Below, in pieces: positions 50,378 through 61,236 of a DNA stretch of 64,000 nucleotides. The position numbers and the translations under genes are program-made. The stretch lies in NCBI GenBank assembly GCA_977020255.1, contig CDROCS010002834.1, positions 434,001-498,000 of the forward strand, read 5' to 3'. The notes under the pieces were generated by a model, which saw only the letters and a program-made list of their open reading frames with translations, was not told the DNA's origin and did no database searches. The stretch is from Obrimoposthia wandeli. Lineage: Eukaryota. Position 1 is the stretch's first letter; every line of letters begins with the position of its first letter.

Positions 50378-51108
50378 TGCAGGTATCACACAACGAATTG
50401 GTCGTACTCAGTGCCAAAGCCTTCGATGGATTACGCCGACATTGCGGTGAATCAGACATGATTGCCAATATGGTGGCTGATTTAGAAATGGCCGGATTAA
50501 ATGGGGTTCAACATTTTGTGAATGCCCTCGCCTTCATGAAAAATGAAAACGATGGCCCTGTACAAGTCGATGCATTTACAGGCTCGCAGCTAACGGCGAA
50601 TCTACACGGTTGCAGTATTTTATGCCACTTACCCACCTTGCTGGATTACACCGTTGAAAAGCTGGTCGACCAACCCACAATTACCCTACACATTGAGCAA
50701 TGCCATAACCGCTGGCTAGCCTTTGGTGAACTGGTCAAACTGGCGGGTAAAGGCTTATCGGTAAAAGCACAGTGGTATAACGGCAGTGATCCTAAGCATG
50801 TGGTGTATGTATTGAATGCGGGGTGCATCTTGCCCGATATTTACCTTTCAAAAGCAGACCCAACAATGAATAAGCACTCTTTGACGATAGAAATCAGCAA
50901 AACGCCTATTCCACAACCTCGACTAACAGCACACCATCAGCATATTTCATCTGCCACCCTCGCCGCGGCGAAACGACATGCTTGGCAACATGGTGTGACG
51001 GTGAATAAATCTGACTGGCTCAAGATCAAGCAAACGGCAGAAGGTATTTTAGTTGAATCCAGTGATGCTTCACGTTTGGGCGCTGGCGAATCTCAGCCCT
51101 GCGAATAA
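50374..51108 (+). CDS. DUF3726-like protein, probably a degenerate Ldh_2/DpkA-type fold
   Basis: N-terminus VSHNEL...KAF.G...A.MVA.LE..G and C-terminus AW.HGV.V...DW..I resemble the ends of Ldh_2 oxidoreductases (recognised by eye). Confidence 0.6.
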   Translation: MMQVSHNELVVLSAKAFDGLRRHCGESDMIANMVADLEMAGLNGVQHFVNALAFMKNENDGPVQVDAFTGSQLTANLHGCSILCHLPTLLDYTVEKLVDQPTITLHIEQCHNRWLAFGELVKLAGKGLSVKAQWYNGSDPKHVVYVLNAGCILPDIYLSKADPTMNKHSLTIEISKTPIPQPRLTAHHQHISSATLAAAKRHAWQHGVTVNKSDWLKIKQTAEGILVESSDASRLGAGESQPCE

Positions 51109-51293
51109 CGCCACTGTACTGTCGATGTAAAGACCTAACGAATACAAAACAAGCCAACAAATTTAACCGTTTACTGGTTTTTTATTACCTAGAATTCGGG
51201 CACTGACACACTCTTAACATGCCATACCTTGTCACCACCTGAATCCTCCGTAGAATACGGTGCATAGTTTAGGCAACCAAGAGATACCAACGG

Positions 51294-53648
51294 ATGAGCA
51301 ACTCTATCAATCAGATGATTGCCAGCGAACTGAATGTTCGCCTTGAGCAAGTTACAGCCGCAGTCACTCTGTTAGATGACGGTAATACGGTTCCTTTTAT
51401 TTCGCGTTACCGTAAAGAAGTCACCAACGGGCTGGATGATACTCAACTACGTAATCTGGAATCCCGCCTAGGGTACTTGCGTGAAATGGATGATCGCCGC
51501 AAGACCATCCTTAAAGCAATCACCGAGCAAGGAAAACTAACCCCACAATTGGAAGCTGAAATTCATTCGGCTGACAGCAAAACACGCTTAGAAGATCTGT
51601 ACCTGCCTTATAAACAAAAGCGTCGAACCAAAGGACAGATAGCGATAGAAGCAGGCTTAGAACCGCTTGCCGATACATTGTGGCAGCAACCGGCTAATGA
51701 TCCTGACGCGACAGCAACCCAATATATCAATGCAGACAAAAACATTGCTGATACCAAAGCAGCACTCGACGGCGCACGCGCTATCTTAATGGAACGTTTT
51801 GCCGAAGATGCCGCACTGCTACATAAGATCCGCCGTCAGCTTCAAACCAATGCCGAGTTCACCTCGTGCATGGTCGCTGGCAAAGAACAAGAAGGCGCGA
51901 AGTTTAAAGATTATTTCGAGCATAACGAACAACTTAAAAATGTACCCTCACACCGCGCACTCGCCATGTTCCGCGGTCGTAATGAAGGCTTCCTACAACT
52001 GTCTTTAAACGCAGATCCGAATCAAGAGGAAGGCGTACGAGGTTCATACTGTGAAGTCATTATTGCTGATCATTATGGCGTCAAACTCGGTACCCAACCT
52101 GCCGATGCATGGCGTAAGCAAGTTATTAGCTGGGCATGGCGCATTAAAATATTGATGCACATGGAAACCGAACTAATGAGTGCATTGCGTGAAAAAGCCG
52201 AAGACGGTGCTATACAGGTATTTGCCGACAACCTGAGTGATTTGTTGATGGCAGCACCAGCAGGTCCGCGTACCACATTGGCACTCGACCCTGGTTTACG
52301 CACTGGCTGTAAAGTTGCGGTGATTGATACCACGGGTAAGTTGGTCGATATCGCGACTATTTATCCGCATCAACCACAGCGTCAAGTTGCACAATCTGAA
52401 GCGGCGGTTTTAGCGTTATTAAACAAACACCAAGTCAACTTAATTGCTATCGGTAACGGAACTGCTTCACGTGAAACAGATGCCTTTGTTGCCAAACTCT
52501 TAAAAGACAACAACCTCAAAATTCAAAGTGTGATGGTCAGCGAAGCAGGCGCGTCGGTTTATTCGGCCTCTGAACTTGCCGCCAATGAATTTCCTGATCT
52601 GGATGTGACGATTCGTGGTGCAGTATCAATTGGTCGCCGTCTGCAAGATCCGTTGGCAGAACTGGTAAAAATTGATCCCAAGGCCATCGGTGTTGGTCAA
52701 TATCAGCACGATGTAAGCCAAAGCATGTTGGCTAAGCGTCTTGATGTTGTCGTGGAAGATTGTGTAAACGGCGTGGGCGTTGATGTAAATACGGCATCAG
52801 CAGCCCTACTCACACGCGTGGCAGGTTTAACCAAAACCATGGCACAGAATGTGGTGGATTATCGTGATGAGCATGGCCGTTTCGAAAGCCGCACCACCTT
52901 AAAGAAAGTCGCCCGTTTAGGGCCAAAAGCCTTTGAGCAGTGTGCCGGTTTCTTACGAATCATGAACGGTAAAAACCCACTCGATAGCTCGGCGGTTCAC
53001 CCTGAATCGTATTCAGTTGTAAAAGCCATTGCCGCGAATAACAGTAAAGCCATGGATGCCATCATTGGTAACACTGAATTTTTACGCAGCCTAAATGCGG
53101 CTGACTATGCCGACGAAAAGTTTGGCCTACCAACCGTTACCGATATTATCAGCGAGCTTGATAAACCCGGTCGCGATCCGCGGCCTGAATTCAAAACCGC
53201 TACATTTGCTGAAGGTGTTAACGAAGTAAAAGATCTAATACCCGGCATGATTTTAGAAGGTGTTATCACCAACGTGACTAACTTTGGTGCCTTCGTTGAT
53301 GTTGGTGTTCACCAAGATGGTTTGGTACATATTTCAGCGCTATCAGATAAATTCATCTCTGACCCACGTGAAGTCGTTAAAGCTGGTGATGTGGTAAAAG
53401 TCAAAGTGATGGAAGTGGACTTACAACGTAAACGTATTGCCATGTCTATGCGCATGAGCGACGAACCGGGACAAGAAAAACCCGCTCGTAAGCCACAGCA
53501 AAACCAAGCACGCAGCACTGCAAACCATAATGCACAGAGTAATAACCGCAGTAGCAGTAATACTCCAAAGAGTAACCAAGGAAATAACTCAGCAGGCGGA
53601 GCGATGGGTGGCGCGTTTGCCGCGGCATTTGCCAAAGCGAAGAAATAA
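51294..53648 (+). CDS. yhgF: Tex/YhgF RNA-binding transcription accessory protein
   Basis: [56 protein letters not shown], HhH, and an S1 domain ([18 protein letters not shown]). Confidence 0.96.
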   Translation: MSNSINQMIASELNVRLEQVTAAVTLLDDGNTVPFISRYRKEVTNGLDDTQLRNLESRLGYLREMDDRRKTILKAITEQGKLTPQLEAEIHSADSKTRLEDLYLPYKQKRRTKGQIAIEAGLEPLADTLWQQPANDPDATATQYINADKNIADTKAALDGARAILMERFAEDAALLHKIRRQLQTNAEFTSCMVAGKEQEGAKFKDYFEHNEQLKNVPSHRALAMFRGRNEGFLQLSLNADPNQEEGVRGSYCEVIIADHYGVKLGTQPADAWRKQVISWAWRIKILMHMETELMSALREKAEDGAIQVFADNLSDLLMAAPAGPRTTLALDPGLRTGCKVAVIDTTGKLVDIATIYPHQPQRQVAQSEAAVLALLNKHQVNLIAIGNGTASRETDAFVAKLLKDNNLKIQSVMVSEAGASVYSASELAANEFPDLDVTIRGAVSIGRRLQDPLAELVKIDPKAIGVGQYQHDVSQSMLAKRLDVVVEDCVNGVGVDVNTASAALLTRVAGLTKTMAQNVVDYRDEHGRFESRTTLKKVARLGPKAFEQCAGFLRIMNGKNPLDSSAVHPESYSVVKAIAANNSKAMDAIIGNTEFLRSLNAADYADEKFGLPTVTDIISELDKPGRDPRPEFKTATFAEGVNEVKDLIPGMILEGVITNVTNFGAFVDVGVHQDGLVHISALSDKFISDPREVVKAGDVVKVKVMEVDLQRKRIAMSMRMSDEPGQEKPARKPQQNQARSTANHNAQSNNRSSSNTPKSNQGNNSAGGAMGGAFAAAFAKAKK

Positions 53649-53679
53649 ACCAGTTTAATACCAATCTGGATAAGTAAAT

Positions 53680-53706
53680 GGTCAGTATGAAAATACTGGC
53701 TTTTTT
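53680..53706 (+). terminator. Terminator after tex
   Basis: GTCAGTAT-GAA-ATACTGGC-T7. Confidence 0.7.
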
Positions 53707-53762
53707 ATTGCGTAATCAAGATGCAGTAAAGAGATTGGTCAAAAGGCTATAAAGTAAATGGC

Positions 53763-54227
53763 TTACAGCACCACTAAATATTCAGTCGGTGGATTAGGCA
53801 CCGTCGCTTGTGCATAACGGTGAGCCACGACCCCTTTCGTTCGTTCGTTATTACTGATTTGCTCAAGCTGATCCAGTATTTCCCGCGGCAGTTTAATGTG
53901 CATTGAATAACCGAGTTCGGTCAGTGGTGCCATGTAGCTATCGGCAGATAGGGCTTTTACTAGCAGCTCAAATTCATCTTGATAGCCGTACTGCTTTTCA
54001 ATGGTCTCTGGCAGCTCACTGTAATCTGGGTGCTCACTCGGATCCCATGCTGGCTTTTTAAACTGTTTTTCTTCGCTGCTTAGCGGCTTTTCACGGGGAG
54101 ATTCAGGCGTTTGAGTAGGAGGGACGATTTTTTCACGCACACGGTTATCCCGCGCAGCCTGTTCGGTTGGCGGATTAACAGAGGGAGCAACAATGGGTGC
54201 TCCAGCATTAGCTGGCGAAAAAATCAT
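53763..54227 (-). CDS. Conserved Vibrionaceae hypothetical protein
   Basis: PSVN..TEQAARDNRVRE, WDPSEHPDY and Y..A..P.PP motifs. No catalytic motif. Confidence 0.72.
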   Translation of the reverse strand: MIFSPANAGAPIVAPSVNPPTEQAARDNRVREKIVPPTQTPESPREKPLSSEEKQFKKPAWDPSEHPDYSELPETIEKQYGYQDEFELLVKALSADSYMAPLTELGYSMHIKLPREILDQLEQISNNERTKGVVAHRYAQATVPNPPTEYLVVL

Positions 54228-54316
54228 ACTGTGGTATTACCATATCCTTGTAAAACGCGATCGCTATATATCAAGATCTCATACATCGAGATCAAAAGTA
54301 TATACCCACGAACGGT

Positions 54317-54691
54317 TTAGGCGATGGCAAGTAATACCGTTGCTACTGTTCCTATCGCCGAAAGTACTTGTCCCGCAGTATAAAAGTCATCGCTTTTGGT
54401 TTTTACTTCATCAGGATGATCCATCCCCAATGCACCATAAGCAAAAGATTCCGCGACACTGCTATCTTCTTCTACCTTGCCATCTGCATTCTTTTTAGCT
54501 TGTGTATCCGCTTCAGCGGCCAACTTACGTTTTGCATCATCAGAGATACTTACTGTTGTATCTGCCGCTTTACTCACACTGGCATTATCACCCTGTGATT
54601 TTTCGGCATCCGTTTTCACAATTCCCGTCGTCGAGGCTTGTAATGTTGCCGGAGAATACGTTGAATGATTCCCTACACTTCCTATTGTCAT
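54317..54691 (-). CDS. Small hypothetical protein under a sigma28 promoter
   Basis: 124 aa with a low-complexity N-half (DTTVSISDDAKRKL) and a hydrophobic C-tail. GAGG RBS. Confidence 0.75.
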   Translation of the reverse strand: MTIGSVGNHSTYSPATLQASTTGIVKTDAEKSQGDNASVSKAADTTVSISDDAKRKLAAEADTQAKKNADGKVEEDSSVAESFAYGALGMDHPDEVKTKSDDFYTAGQVLSAIGTVATVLLAIA

Positions 54692-54728
54692 ATGGCCTCT
54701 TGTAAATAGAGTAACTCCATTAAAATCC

Positions 54729-54755
54729 CTATCGGCAAAACAATCAAAAAGTTTA
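54729..54755 (-). promoter_or_regulatory. Sigma28 (FliA) promoter
   Basis: Minus strand TAAA-N15-GCCGATAG, 37 nt upstream of the 54691 start. Confidence 0.82.
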
Positions 54756-54797
54756 ACTTTTAATCACCAATTCCCGATGCACACGACAACAACAGTC

Positions 54798-55562
54798 TTA
54801 TTTAATGAAATTTCTCAACGTTTGCACAAATTCCTCTGGATGAGAAATAAAAGGTGCATGCGACGCGGCGGCAAAGATCTGCCGATGAGACAGAGGCGCT
54901 AATTGGTCCATATCTTTCGCTACTTTCGCGGGAACCAAACCATCTAACCGCCCATATAAGCGCAACCATGGTTGGGTTATACCACCCAGCTGTGCGCGTA
55001 AATCAACATCAGCCAGCAACCTGAGTCCTGTTGATAAGGCTTCAGGATTAGGCTGCGGGCGTGATAACACCGCTTGCTTTAGCAATTTGATATCTTGCCT
55101 TGCTGTTGGGCTTCCCATTGCTTGTAGCGCGAGAAATCGCTCGACGGTCAATTGAAAGTCTTTACCTAATTGATGTCGAAAATCATCTAAGACCTGAGGC
55201 TTAATACCTCGCCATGTGCCTTCTGCCGCAAAACGTGGTGAACTTGCCACTGTGACTAAACGAGTAACACGCTCTGGTGCCAATAAAGCCGCCTGTGTTG
55301 CCACTAAGCCGCCCAACGACCAACCCAACCATGTTGCAGACATTGGTGATTTATCAAGCAACAGTTGTGCCATTTCTTCAATACTATCGGCAGAAATATC
55401 ATGACTGTGACCATATCCCGGCATATCAACCCAGTGCACGCGGTAAAACGGGATCAATAATGGCAATAATTGCTGCCACACCGCACCATTCATTCCCCAA
55501 CCATGAATGAGAACCAGATCCGAACCTTGCCCTTCAGTTTGCCAATGTAGCGCCGTTGTCAT
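54798..55562 (-). CDS. bioH: Pimeloyl-ACP methyl ester carboxylesterase
   Basis: LIHGWGMNGAVW, DMPGYG, GWSLGG, LYGRLDGLVP, SHAPFISHP. Confidence 0.96.
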   Translation of the reverse strand: MTTALHWQTEGQGSDLVLIHGWGMNGAVWQQLLPLLIPFYRVHWVDMPGYGHSHDISADSIEEMAQLLLDKSPMSATWLGWSLGGLVATQAALLAPERVTRLVTVASSPRFAAEGTWRGIKPQVLDDFRHQLGKDFQLTVERFLALQAMGSPTARQDIKLLKQAVLSRPQPNPEALSTGLRLLADVDLRAQLGGITQPWLRLYGRLDGLVPAKVAKDMDQLAPLSHRQIFAAASHAPFISHPEEFVQTLRNFIK

Positions 55563-55612
55563 TTACACTTCCTTTTTAAAATCACATTGTCGAAAACACT
55601 TACCTTATAAGG

Positions 55613-56335
55613 ATGGCAAGGATGTTATCCGTTTCATCGCTAAGATCAATGGTTCTACAACTCAATAAGTATCGATGGCTCAACCCGCAATGTCAGCTAT
55701 GCCAATTACCACTGTCGAACAATGAGTCGATCTGGTGTCGGCATTGCATCGCCCGTTTCCCTCAGCCTCCTCACTGCGCAAGATGCGGCACCACGACTAT
55801 CAACCCTATTGCACAATGTGGGCAGTGCTTACGTTCGCCTCCGCCGTGGCATCGTCTCTATCGATTAGGCGAATACGATTTTCCACTCAAACAGATTATC
55901 CATCAACTTAAATTCAACGGTAAGTTTTGGCTCGCTAAACCATTAGCAGATCAGTTCGTATTATCGATTGACCAGCCCGCCCCTTTGATTTTACCCGTGC
56001 CGCTACATGCAGCACGACGCTTTAATCGTGGCTTCAATCAAAGTGCACATTTAGCGTGGGCGATCGCCAAGGCAACAAATAGCCACTGTATCGCAGATGG
56101 TTTCAAACGTCATCGCCATACCAAAGTACAAAAACAACTGACTAAAAACGAACGGAAGAAAAATCTTCATCAAGCCTTTATACTTAAGGTAAAGTCGTTA
56201 CCCAAGCATGTCGCGATTGTCGATGATGTTGTAACAACGGGTAGCACTGTTGCCGAACTCACCCGTTTATTACTGAACAACGGGGTTGAACGGGTTGATA
56301 TCTACTGTATGTGCTATACGCCCTCAATCGAATGA
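55613..56335 (+). CDS. comF: ComF/GntX phosphoribosyltransferase-like competence protein
   Basis: Zn-finger CQLC..C..C, PVPLH..R...RGFNQS, AIVDDVVTTGST. Divergent from bioH. Confidence 0.9.
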   Translation: MARMLSVSSLRSMVLQLNKYRWLNPQCQLCQLPLSNNESIWCRHCIARFPQPPHCARCGTTTINPIAQCGQCLRSPPPWHRLYRLGEYDFPLKQIIHQLKFNGKFWLAKPLADQFVLSIDQPAPLILPVPLHAARRFNRGFNQSAHLAWAIAKATNSHCIADGFKRHRHTKVQKQLTKNERKKNLHQAFILKVKSLPKHVAIVDDVVTTGSTVAELTRLLLNNGVERVDIYCMCYTPSIE

Positions 56336-56433
56336 TCATGAAAATCATCGAAATTAATCACGAAATTAGTGACAAAAACATGGTTACGAAGATTAAGGGG
56401 TGATAGAAAGTGCGTCTAAGAGTAGAATAGATT

Positions 56434-56458
56434 AAATCTTACTAAATAGGTCAGGTAT
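56434..56458. promoter_or_regulatory. Putative type-1 IscR site upstream of nfuA
   Basis: AAATCTTACTAAATAGGTCAGGTAT matches 20/25 positions of ATASYYGACTRwwwYAGTCRRSTAT. nfuA is IscR-regulated in E. coli. Confidence 0.62.
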
Positions 56459-56464
56459 TACGTC

Positions 56465-57049
56465 GTGTCTATGATCACTATTACTGAAAGCGCTCAGCAG
56501 CACTTCGGCAAGCTTCTTGCCCAGCAGCCTGAGGGTACAAACATTCGTGTCTTCGTGGTAAATCCAGGTACTCAAAATGCTGAGTGTGGTGTGTCTTATT
56601 GTCCACCAGAAGCGGTTGAAGCGAGCGATACTAAAATCGAGTTAGCGCTCTTTGATGCTTACCTTGATGAACTAAGTCTGCCTTTCTTGGATGATGCTGA
56701 AATCGATTTTGTTACCGACAAAATGGGCTCACAGCTAACTCTTAAAGCACCTAATGCTAAAGTACGTAAAGTGTCTGATGACGCAACGTTAATGGAACGC
56801 GTTGATTACGCAATCCAGACTCAAGTTAACCCACAGTTAGCGGGTCATGGCGGTAACGTATCTCTAGCTGAGATCACTGAAGACGGCGTTGCAATCCTCC
56901 AATTTGGTGGTGGTTGTAATGGTTGTTCAATGGTCGATGTGACGTTGAAAGAAGGTATCGAAAAAGAGCTTCTTGCTCAGTTCGAAGGTGAACTGACGGG
57001 TGTTCGTGATATCACTGAACACGCACGTGGCGAGCACTCGTACTACTAA
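56465..57049 (+). CDS. nfuA: Fe-S biogenesis protein NfuA
   Basis: [30 protein letters not shown]-type segment, [23 protein letters not shown] start. Confidence 0.97.
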   Translation: MSMITITESAQQHFGKLLAQQPEGTNIRVFVVNPGTQNAECGVSYCPPEAVEASDTKIELALFDAYLDELSLPFLDDAEIDFVTDKMGSQLTLKAPNAKVRKVSDDATLMERVDYAIQTQVNPQLAGHGGNVSLAEITEDGVAILQFGGGCNGCSMVDVTLKEGIEKELLAQFEGELTGVRDITEHARGEHSYY

Positions 57050-57110
57050 GACTCAGTTTCCTTAACTTAGTCGCGAGAGAATAACGACAAAAAGTCCTTA
57101 TTCCAGATAC

Positions 57111-57138
57111 AAAAAAGCCGCATTTAGCGGCTTTTTTT
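57111..57138. terminator. Bidirectional terminator nfuA / 3D-domain gene
   Basis: A6-GCCGC-ATTTA-GCGGC-T7. Confidence 0.8.
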
Positions 57139-57192
57139 ATTATTCAGCATTAAGTAAAGTCAGTCGACTGTACTACTACCTAAAATCCTTAT

Positions 57193-57576
57193 TTAGATTA
57201 AGGTGATGGTGACACTACGGCGTCCCCAATTCTTGGCAGCTTGAATATCTTTACCCATGTAGATATCAATCTTACGCGTCCAACGCTTATTCATTTTATC
57301 CATAACGGTATATTCACCTGGCAAACCTGAAATCTTCACTTTAGCGCCGTGAGTCAGCCCCATACCTAGAAGATCACGCGATACTGCAATCACCTTCATG
57401 CCTGGTTTTAATCTATCGCCCCAAGCCGCAATGCTCGGGTTAGCGTTGGTTTGTGCTCTTACTGAGTTGTATGCCGTTGCTGTTACTTTAAGGTTATTTA
57501 CACTGCTAGCCAGTGCATTTGTTCCCCAGCCTAATGACATTACCGCCAGTAAAAACACCCAAATCGTTCGTTTCAT
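57193..57576 (-). CDS. Secreted 3D (Asp-Asp-Asp) domain protein
   Basis: Signal peptide MKRTIWVFLLAVMSLGWGTNALA, then VTATAYNS, IAVSRDL, Y.VMDKM, KIDIYMG. True start is at 57576, not the track's 57792. Confidence 0.85.
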   Translation of the reverse strand: MKRTIWVFLLAVMSLGWGTNALASSVNNLKVTATAYNSVRAQTNANPSIAAWGDRLKPGMKVIAVSRDLLGMGLTHGAKVKISGLPGEYTVMDKMNKRWTRKIDIYMGKDIQAAKNWGRRSVTITLI

Positions 57577-57680
57577 TGATATCACCTGTTTAACAATTGT
57601 GCACATTTTAAACAGATCAATAACCAAATTAATAGCATTTTTTGTCGTAAAAAGAATCAATCTCAGTTGAATATTTCTAA

Positions 57681-59030
57681 CTAATTGTTTGCACTCACTG
57701 GAGACAGAAAAATATTTTTTTGCCATTGGTAAGAAAATATTACTGCTAACCCAATTCCACGCATTGCCATGAACCCTAACATGGCAGCCCACAGGGCATG
57801 ATTGCCATGGCTATTGAGCATCCACCAAATGGCAAAGAAAAAGCACATAGCAATAAACATACTGTTGCGCATTTCTTTGCCGCGCGTAGCCCCTATAAAA
57901 ATACCATCCAGTAAGAAACACCACATCGCCACTAAAGGGAAAGCGGCTAACCACGGTAAATAACGCATCGCTTCTTGCTGAACAGTCGGAATATTAGAAA
58001 TTAGCCCAATAATTTCTCGACCAAAAACACTAAATGCAACGGTTAGCACCAAGGAAATGATGACACTCCAAAATGTTGTACCCACTAAATAGCGGCTAAG
58101 TTCATCGCGATTGTTAGCCCCAATAGCTTTGCCGACCAGTGCTTCCATCGCATAGGCAAAACCATCCATTGCGTAAGAGACCAACATCAAAAAACTCATT
58201 AGTACGGCATTAGCCGCCACCACATTGTCACCTAACGTCGCCCCTTGGAAAGTCATAAACACAAAGGTAAGCTGTAAACATAAACTGCGTAAAAAGATAT
58301 CGCGGTTTAGCTTTAATAAACGCCCCATACCATGACGTACACTGTCTAACTTTTCACGTATTGCAGGTAACGAATGGGCAATCCACTGACGAGATACAAA
58401 CCATAAGCCCAGTAACATGCCACTGTAATCGGCAATAACAGAAGCCACCGCAGCCCCCTGCACTTTCCAACCAAAACCAAGTACAAACAACACATCCAAG
58501 CCGATATTGAGCAGGTTAATCACAATCAATAACAACATGGGTGATTTAGCATTTTGAGTCCCGAGCAACCACCCCATAATCACAAAGTTAGCCAAAGCAG
58601 CTGGCGCACCCCAAATACGGATTGAAAAATACTGCTCAGCGTACATTTTCACTTCTGTACTGGCAGTACTGAAGTGGAAAATCAAGGTGGCAACCGGCTG
58701 ATGAAACACAATAAGTAACAATGCCAACAACCAAGCTAGCGCCATCCCCTGCACAAATGTACCGGCTTGTGCTTCTTTATCATGAGCACCGTACGCTTGC
58801 GCACAAATACCCGTTGTTGCCATCCGCAAAAAGCCAAGTAACCAAAACGTCACGTTAATCATGGTGCCGCCCACAGCAACACCCCCTAAATACCACGCAT
58901 GATCGAGATGACCAATCACAGCAGCATCAACCAGCCCAAGCAATGGCACGGTAATGTTGGACAGCACCATAGGAATGGCTAACGCAAAAACTTGGAAATG
59001 GAGCGACTTGTCTCTTAATGCTGCTAGCAC
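57681..59030 (-). CDS. dinF: MATE efflux family protein DinF
   Basis: LAIPMVLSNITVPLLGLVDAAVIGHL, FLRMATTG, SYAMDGFAYAMEA, DGIFIGAT. GTG start behind GAGG is preferred. Confidence 0.92.
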   Translation of the reverse strand: MLAALRDKSLHFQVFALAIPMVLSNITVPLLGLVDAAVIGHLDHAWYLGGVAVGGTMINVTFWLLGFLRMATTGICAQAYGAHDKEAQAGTFVQGMALAWLLALLLIVFHQPVATLIFHFSTASTEVKMYAEQYFSIRIWGAPAALANFVIMGWLLGTQNAKSPMLLLIVINLLNIGLDVLFVLGFGWKVQGAAVASVIADYSGMLLGLWFVSRQWIAHSLPAIREKLDSVRHGMGRLLKLNRDIFLRSLCLQLTFVFMTFQGATLGDNVVAANAVLMSFLMLVSYAMDGFAYAMEALVGKAIGANNRDELSRYLVGTTFWSVIISLVLTVAFSVFGREIIGLISNIPTVQQEAMRYLPWLAAFPLVAMWCFLLDGIFIGATRGKEMRNSMFIAMCFFFAIWWMLNSHGNHALWAAMLGFMAMRGIGLAVIFSYQWQKNIFLSPVSANN

Positions 59031-59174
59031 TGTGAACCTCAAACGAATAACGGTAGGGATTTGCTTAAAATAGCAGCACAGTGTAGCGAGTTGCCGCCAA
59101 TGACAACAGCCATCAGCAGCAGATAAATTAGAAATGTATCAATAGAGGCAGGGGGTTAAATCATCACGGCATGA

Positions 59175-60125
59175 TCACAGCATCAAAGACGTTATCCAAT
59201 GATCGCTAAGTAAGACCACAAACAGGGCTAACAAATGCCAAATTGAATACTTAAAGGTGGCCCAGGCATGTCCCTTTGAATCCGCAAATTTTAGTTTCAA
59301 CGCATAGCCGATAAACCCAATATTCAATAAGCTGCTACCCACTAAATATACGCCACCACTCATTCCTGTTAGCCAAGGTAATAGCCCTACGATAAACAGC
59401 ATAACCGTGTATAACAGCACCATGGTTTTCGTGAATTCAATGCCGTGAGTAACAGGTAACATTGGAATACCTGCTTTGGCATAGTCATCACGACGATGGA
59501 TAGCCAGCGCCCAAAAATGAGGTGGCGTCCAAGTAAATACCAGCATGACTAATAATAATGCATGAGGATCTAGTTGCCCGGTTACCGCCGTCCAGCCGAG
59601 CAATGGCGGTGCTGCACCGGCAATCCCACCAATGACAATATTTTGCGGTGTCGCATGCTTTAGCCACACCGTATAAACGACTGCATATCCCACTAAACTA
59701 GCCATGGTTAACCAAGCCGTTAATGCATTCAGTTCAAGCAATATAACAAAACCCGCCACCATTAGGGTGGATGCAAATACCACGGCTTTCCACGTTTCAA
59801 TACGTCCTTTCGCTAATGGACGGTTGTAGGTTCGCGCCATTTGAATATCAAAGCGACGATCTAAAATATGATTAAAAGCGGCCGCGGCCGCCGATTGAAA
59901 ACCAATACCGATTAAACCCAAGATAACCGCTTTTGCAGGGGGAATACCCGGCACGGCTAAACACATGCCAACCAGTGCTGTCAGCAACAACATGGCCACC
60001 ACTTTGGGCTTAGTCATCGTGAGGTAATCACGCCATACACTTGGTTTGGAAGCGCTTCTCGTTTTCGCAGTTTCAGGTACGGTTGGTGTTCGCGGTGTAT
60101 TGCCTAACACTTGTGATTTAGCCAT
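59175..60125 (-). CDS. cyoE: Protoheme IX farnesyltransferase (heme O synthase)
   Basis: [61 protein letters not shown]. Confidence 0.95.
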   Translation of the reverse strand: MAKSQVLGNTPRTPTVPETAKTRSASKPSVWRDYLTMTKPKVVAMLLLTALVGMCLAVPGIPPAKAVILGLIGIGFQSAAAAAFNHILDRRFDIQMARTYNRPLAKGRIETWKAVVFASTLMVAGFVILLELNALTAWLTMASLVGYAVVYTVWLKHATPQNIVIGGIAGAAPPLLGWTAVTGQLDPHALLLVMLVFTWTPPHFWALAIHRRDDYAKAGIPMLPVTHGIEFTKTMVLLYTVMLFIVGLLPWLTGMSGGVYLVGSSLLNIGFIGYALKLKFADSKGHAWATFKYSIWHLLALFVVLLSDHWITSLML

Positions 60126-61188
60126 GATTCCTGCCCTCCCGTGCAAATAAATGCGATCCTTGCAGAGTTTGTTGCCCGCAATAGATACGATAATTGGTTG
60201 CTACAATACTCAATAATAAAACGACACCCATTACGTTATGCCCCACAGCGACTAGCAAAGGTAAGCTCGCCACAATATTCATGACCCCTAAACTCACTTG
60301 CACCATTAATGCAGCAGTGAGGATGAATCCATATTTTCGTAACCCAGCAGTACGCATCAAAAAGCCAATTAATAATATGACTATTGCCGTGGTCACCATC
60401 GCTCCTATTCGATGAGCAACATGAATTGATACACGTTGATGGTAATTTAGCACCCCATATTGATAACTATCATGAACAGGCTGAATCGGTTCAAATGCCG
60501 TTGGATCAAAATTACCTTGCCAATCACCTTCACATACAGGCAATTGAGTACACGCCACTGCGGCATAATTCGCAGCTGTCCACCCACCCAACGCAATCTG
60601 ACCCATCACCACAAATAACGCACCCAGTGCGAATACTTTTAGATAACTTGAAGATGACCGTGGCGAATGCAATATTGAAGAAAAAATAGTAGTAGATTTA
60701 CGATCTTGTTGCCGGACTCTCAGTGCCAATAGCAATAATAAAGAAGCAGTGATAAAGCCGCCTAATAAATGCCCCATCACCACAATAGGCATCAGTGCCA
60801 TCGTGACAGTCCACATACCGAGCAAGGCTTGAAAAATAACCGTGACTAACAATAAGGCAGGCAATAGTTTAGGGGTGTGTTTGCGGCGCCAAGCCAGCAC
60901 ATTAATCAATAAAATGAATACCCCTAAGCTACCCGCAAAATAACGATGCACCATTTCATTCCAAGCTTTTTCAGCTTCGATCGGCGCAGAGGGAAACATT
61001 TGTTGTGCAGCCAGTTGCTGCTCAGCACTTTGGGGTACCGAAATAAAACCATAACAGCCAGGCCAATCAGGGCACCCTAAGCCCGCTTCAGTCAAACGGG
61101 TATAAGCGCCTAAGGCGATAACACAAAGAGAAAGAAGAAAAGTAAAATAGATAAGAGATTTAAAGCTAAATAATCGCATCGGCTCCAT
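60118..61188 (-). CDS. ctaA: Heme A synthase (COX15/CtaA family)
   Basis: [55 protein letters not shown]. Confidence 0.9.
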   Translation of the reverse strand: MEPMRLFSFKSLIYFTFLLSLCVIALGAYTRLTEAGLGCPDWPGCYGFISVPQSAEQQLAAQQMFPSAPIEAEKAWNEMVHRYFAGSLGVFILLINVLAWRRKHTPKLLPALLLVTVIFQALLGMWTVTMALMPIVVMGHLLGGFITASLLLLLALRVRQQDRKSTTIFSSILHSPRSSSSYLKVFALGALFVVMGQIALGGWTAANYAAVACTQLPVCEGDWQGNFDPTAFEPIQPVHDSYQYGVLNYHQRVSIHVAHRIGAMVTTAIVILLIGFLMRTAGLRKYGFILTAALMVQVSLGVMNIVASLPLLVAVGHNVMGVVLLLSIVATNYRIYCGQQTLQGSHLFAREGRNHG

Positions 61189-61236
61189 TCCTTGTGCCTA
61201 TCAAATCGACGTATTTGGAAATCGATATACTGCGGT

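Noticed and set aside
53763-54227. Possible 'ATP-dependent Lon protease' label that I recall on similar Vibrio proteins
   Set aside because: 154 aa with no Walker motifs or Ser-Lys dyad.
59043-59170. LexA box upstream of dinF
   Set aside because: No CTGT-N8-ACAG match was found, so SOS control cannot be supported from this sequence.
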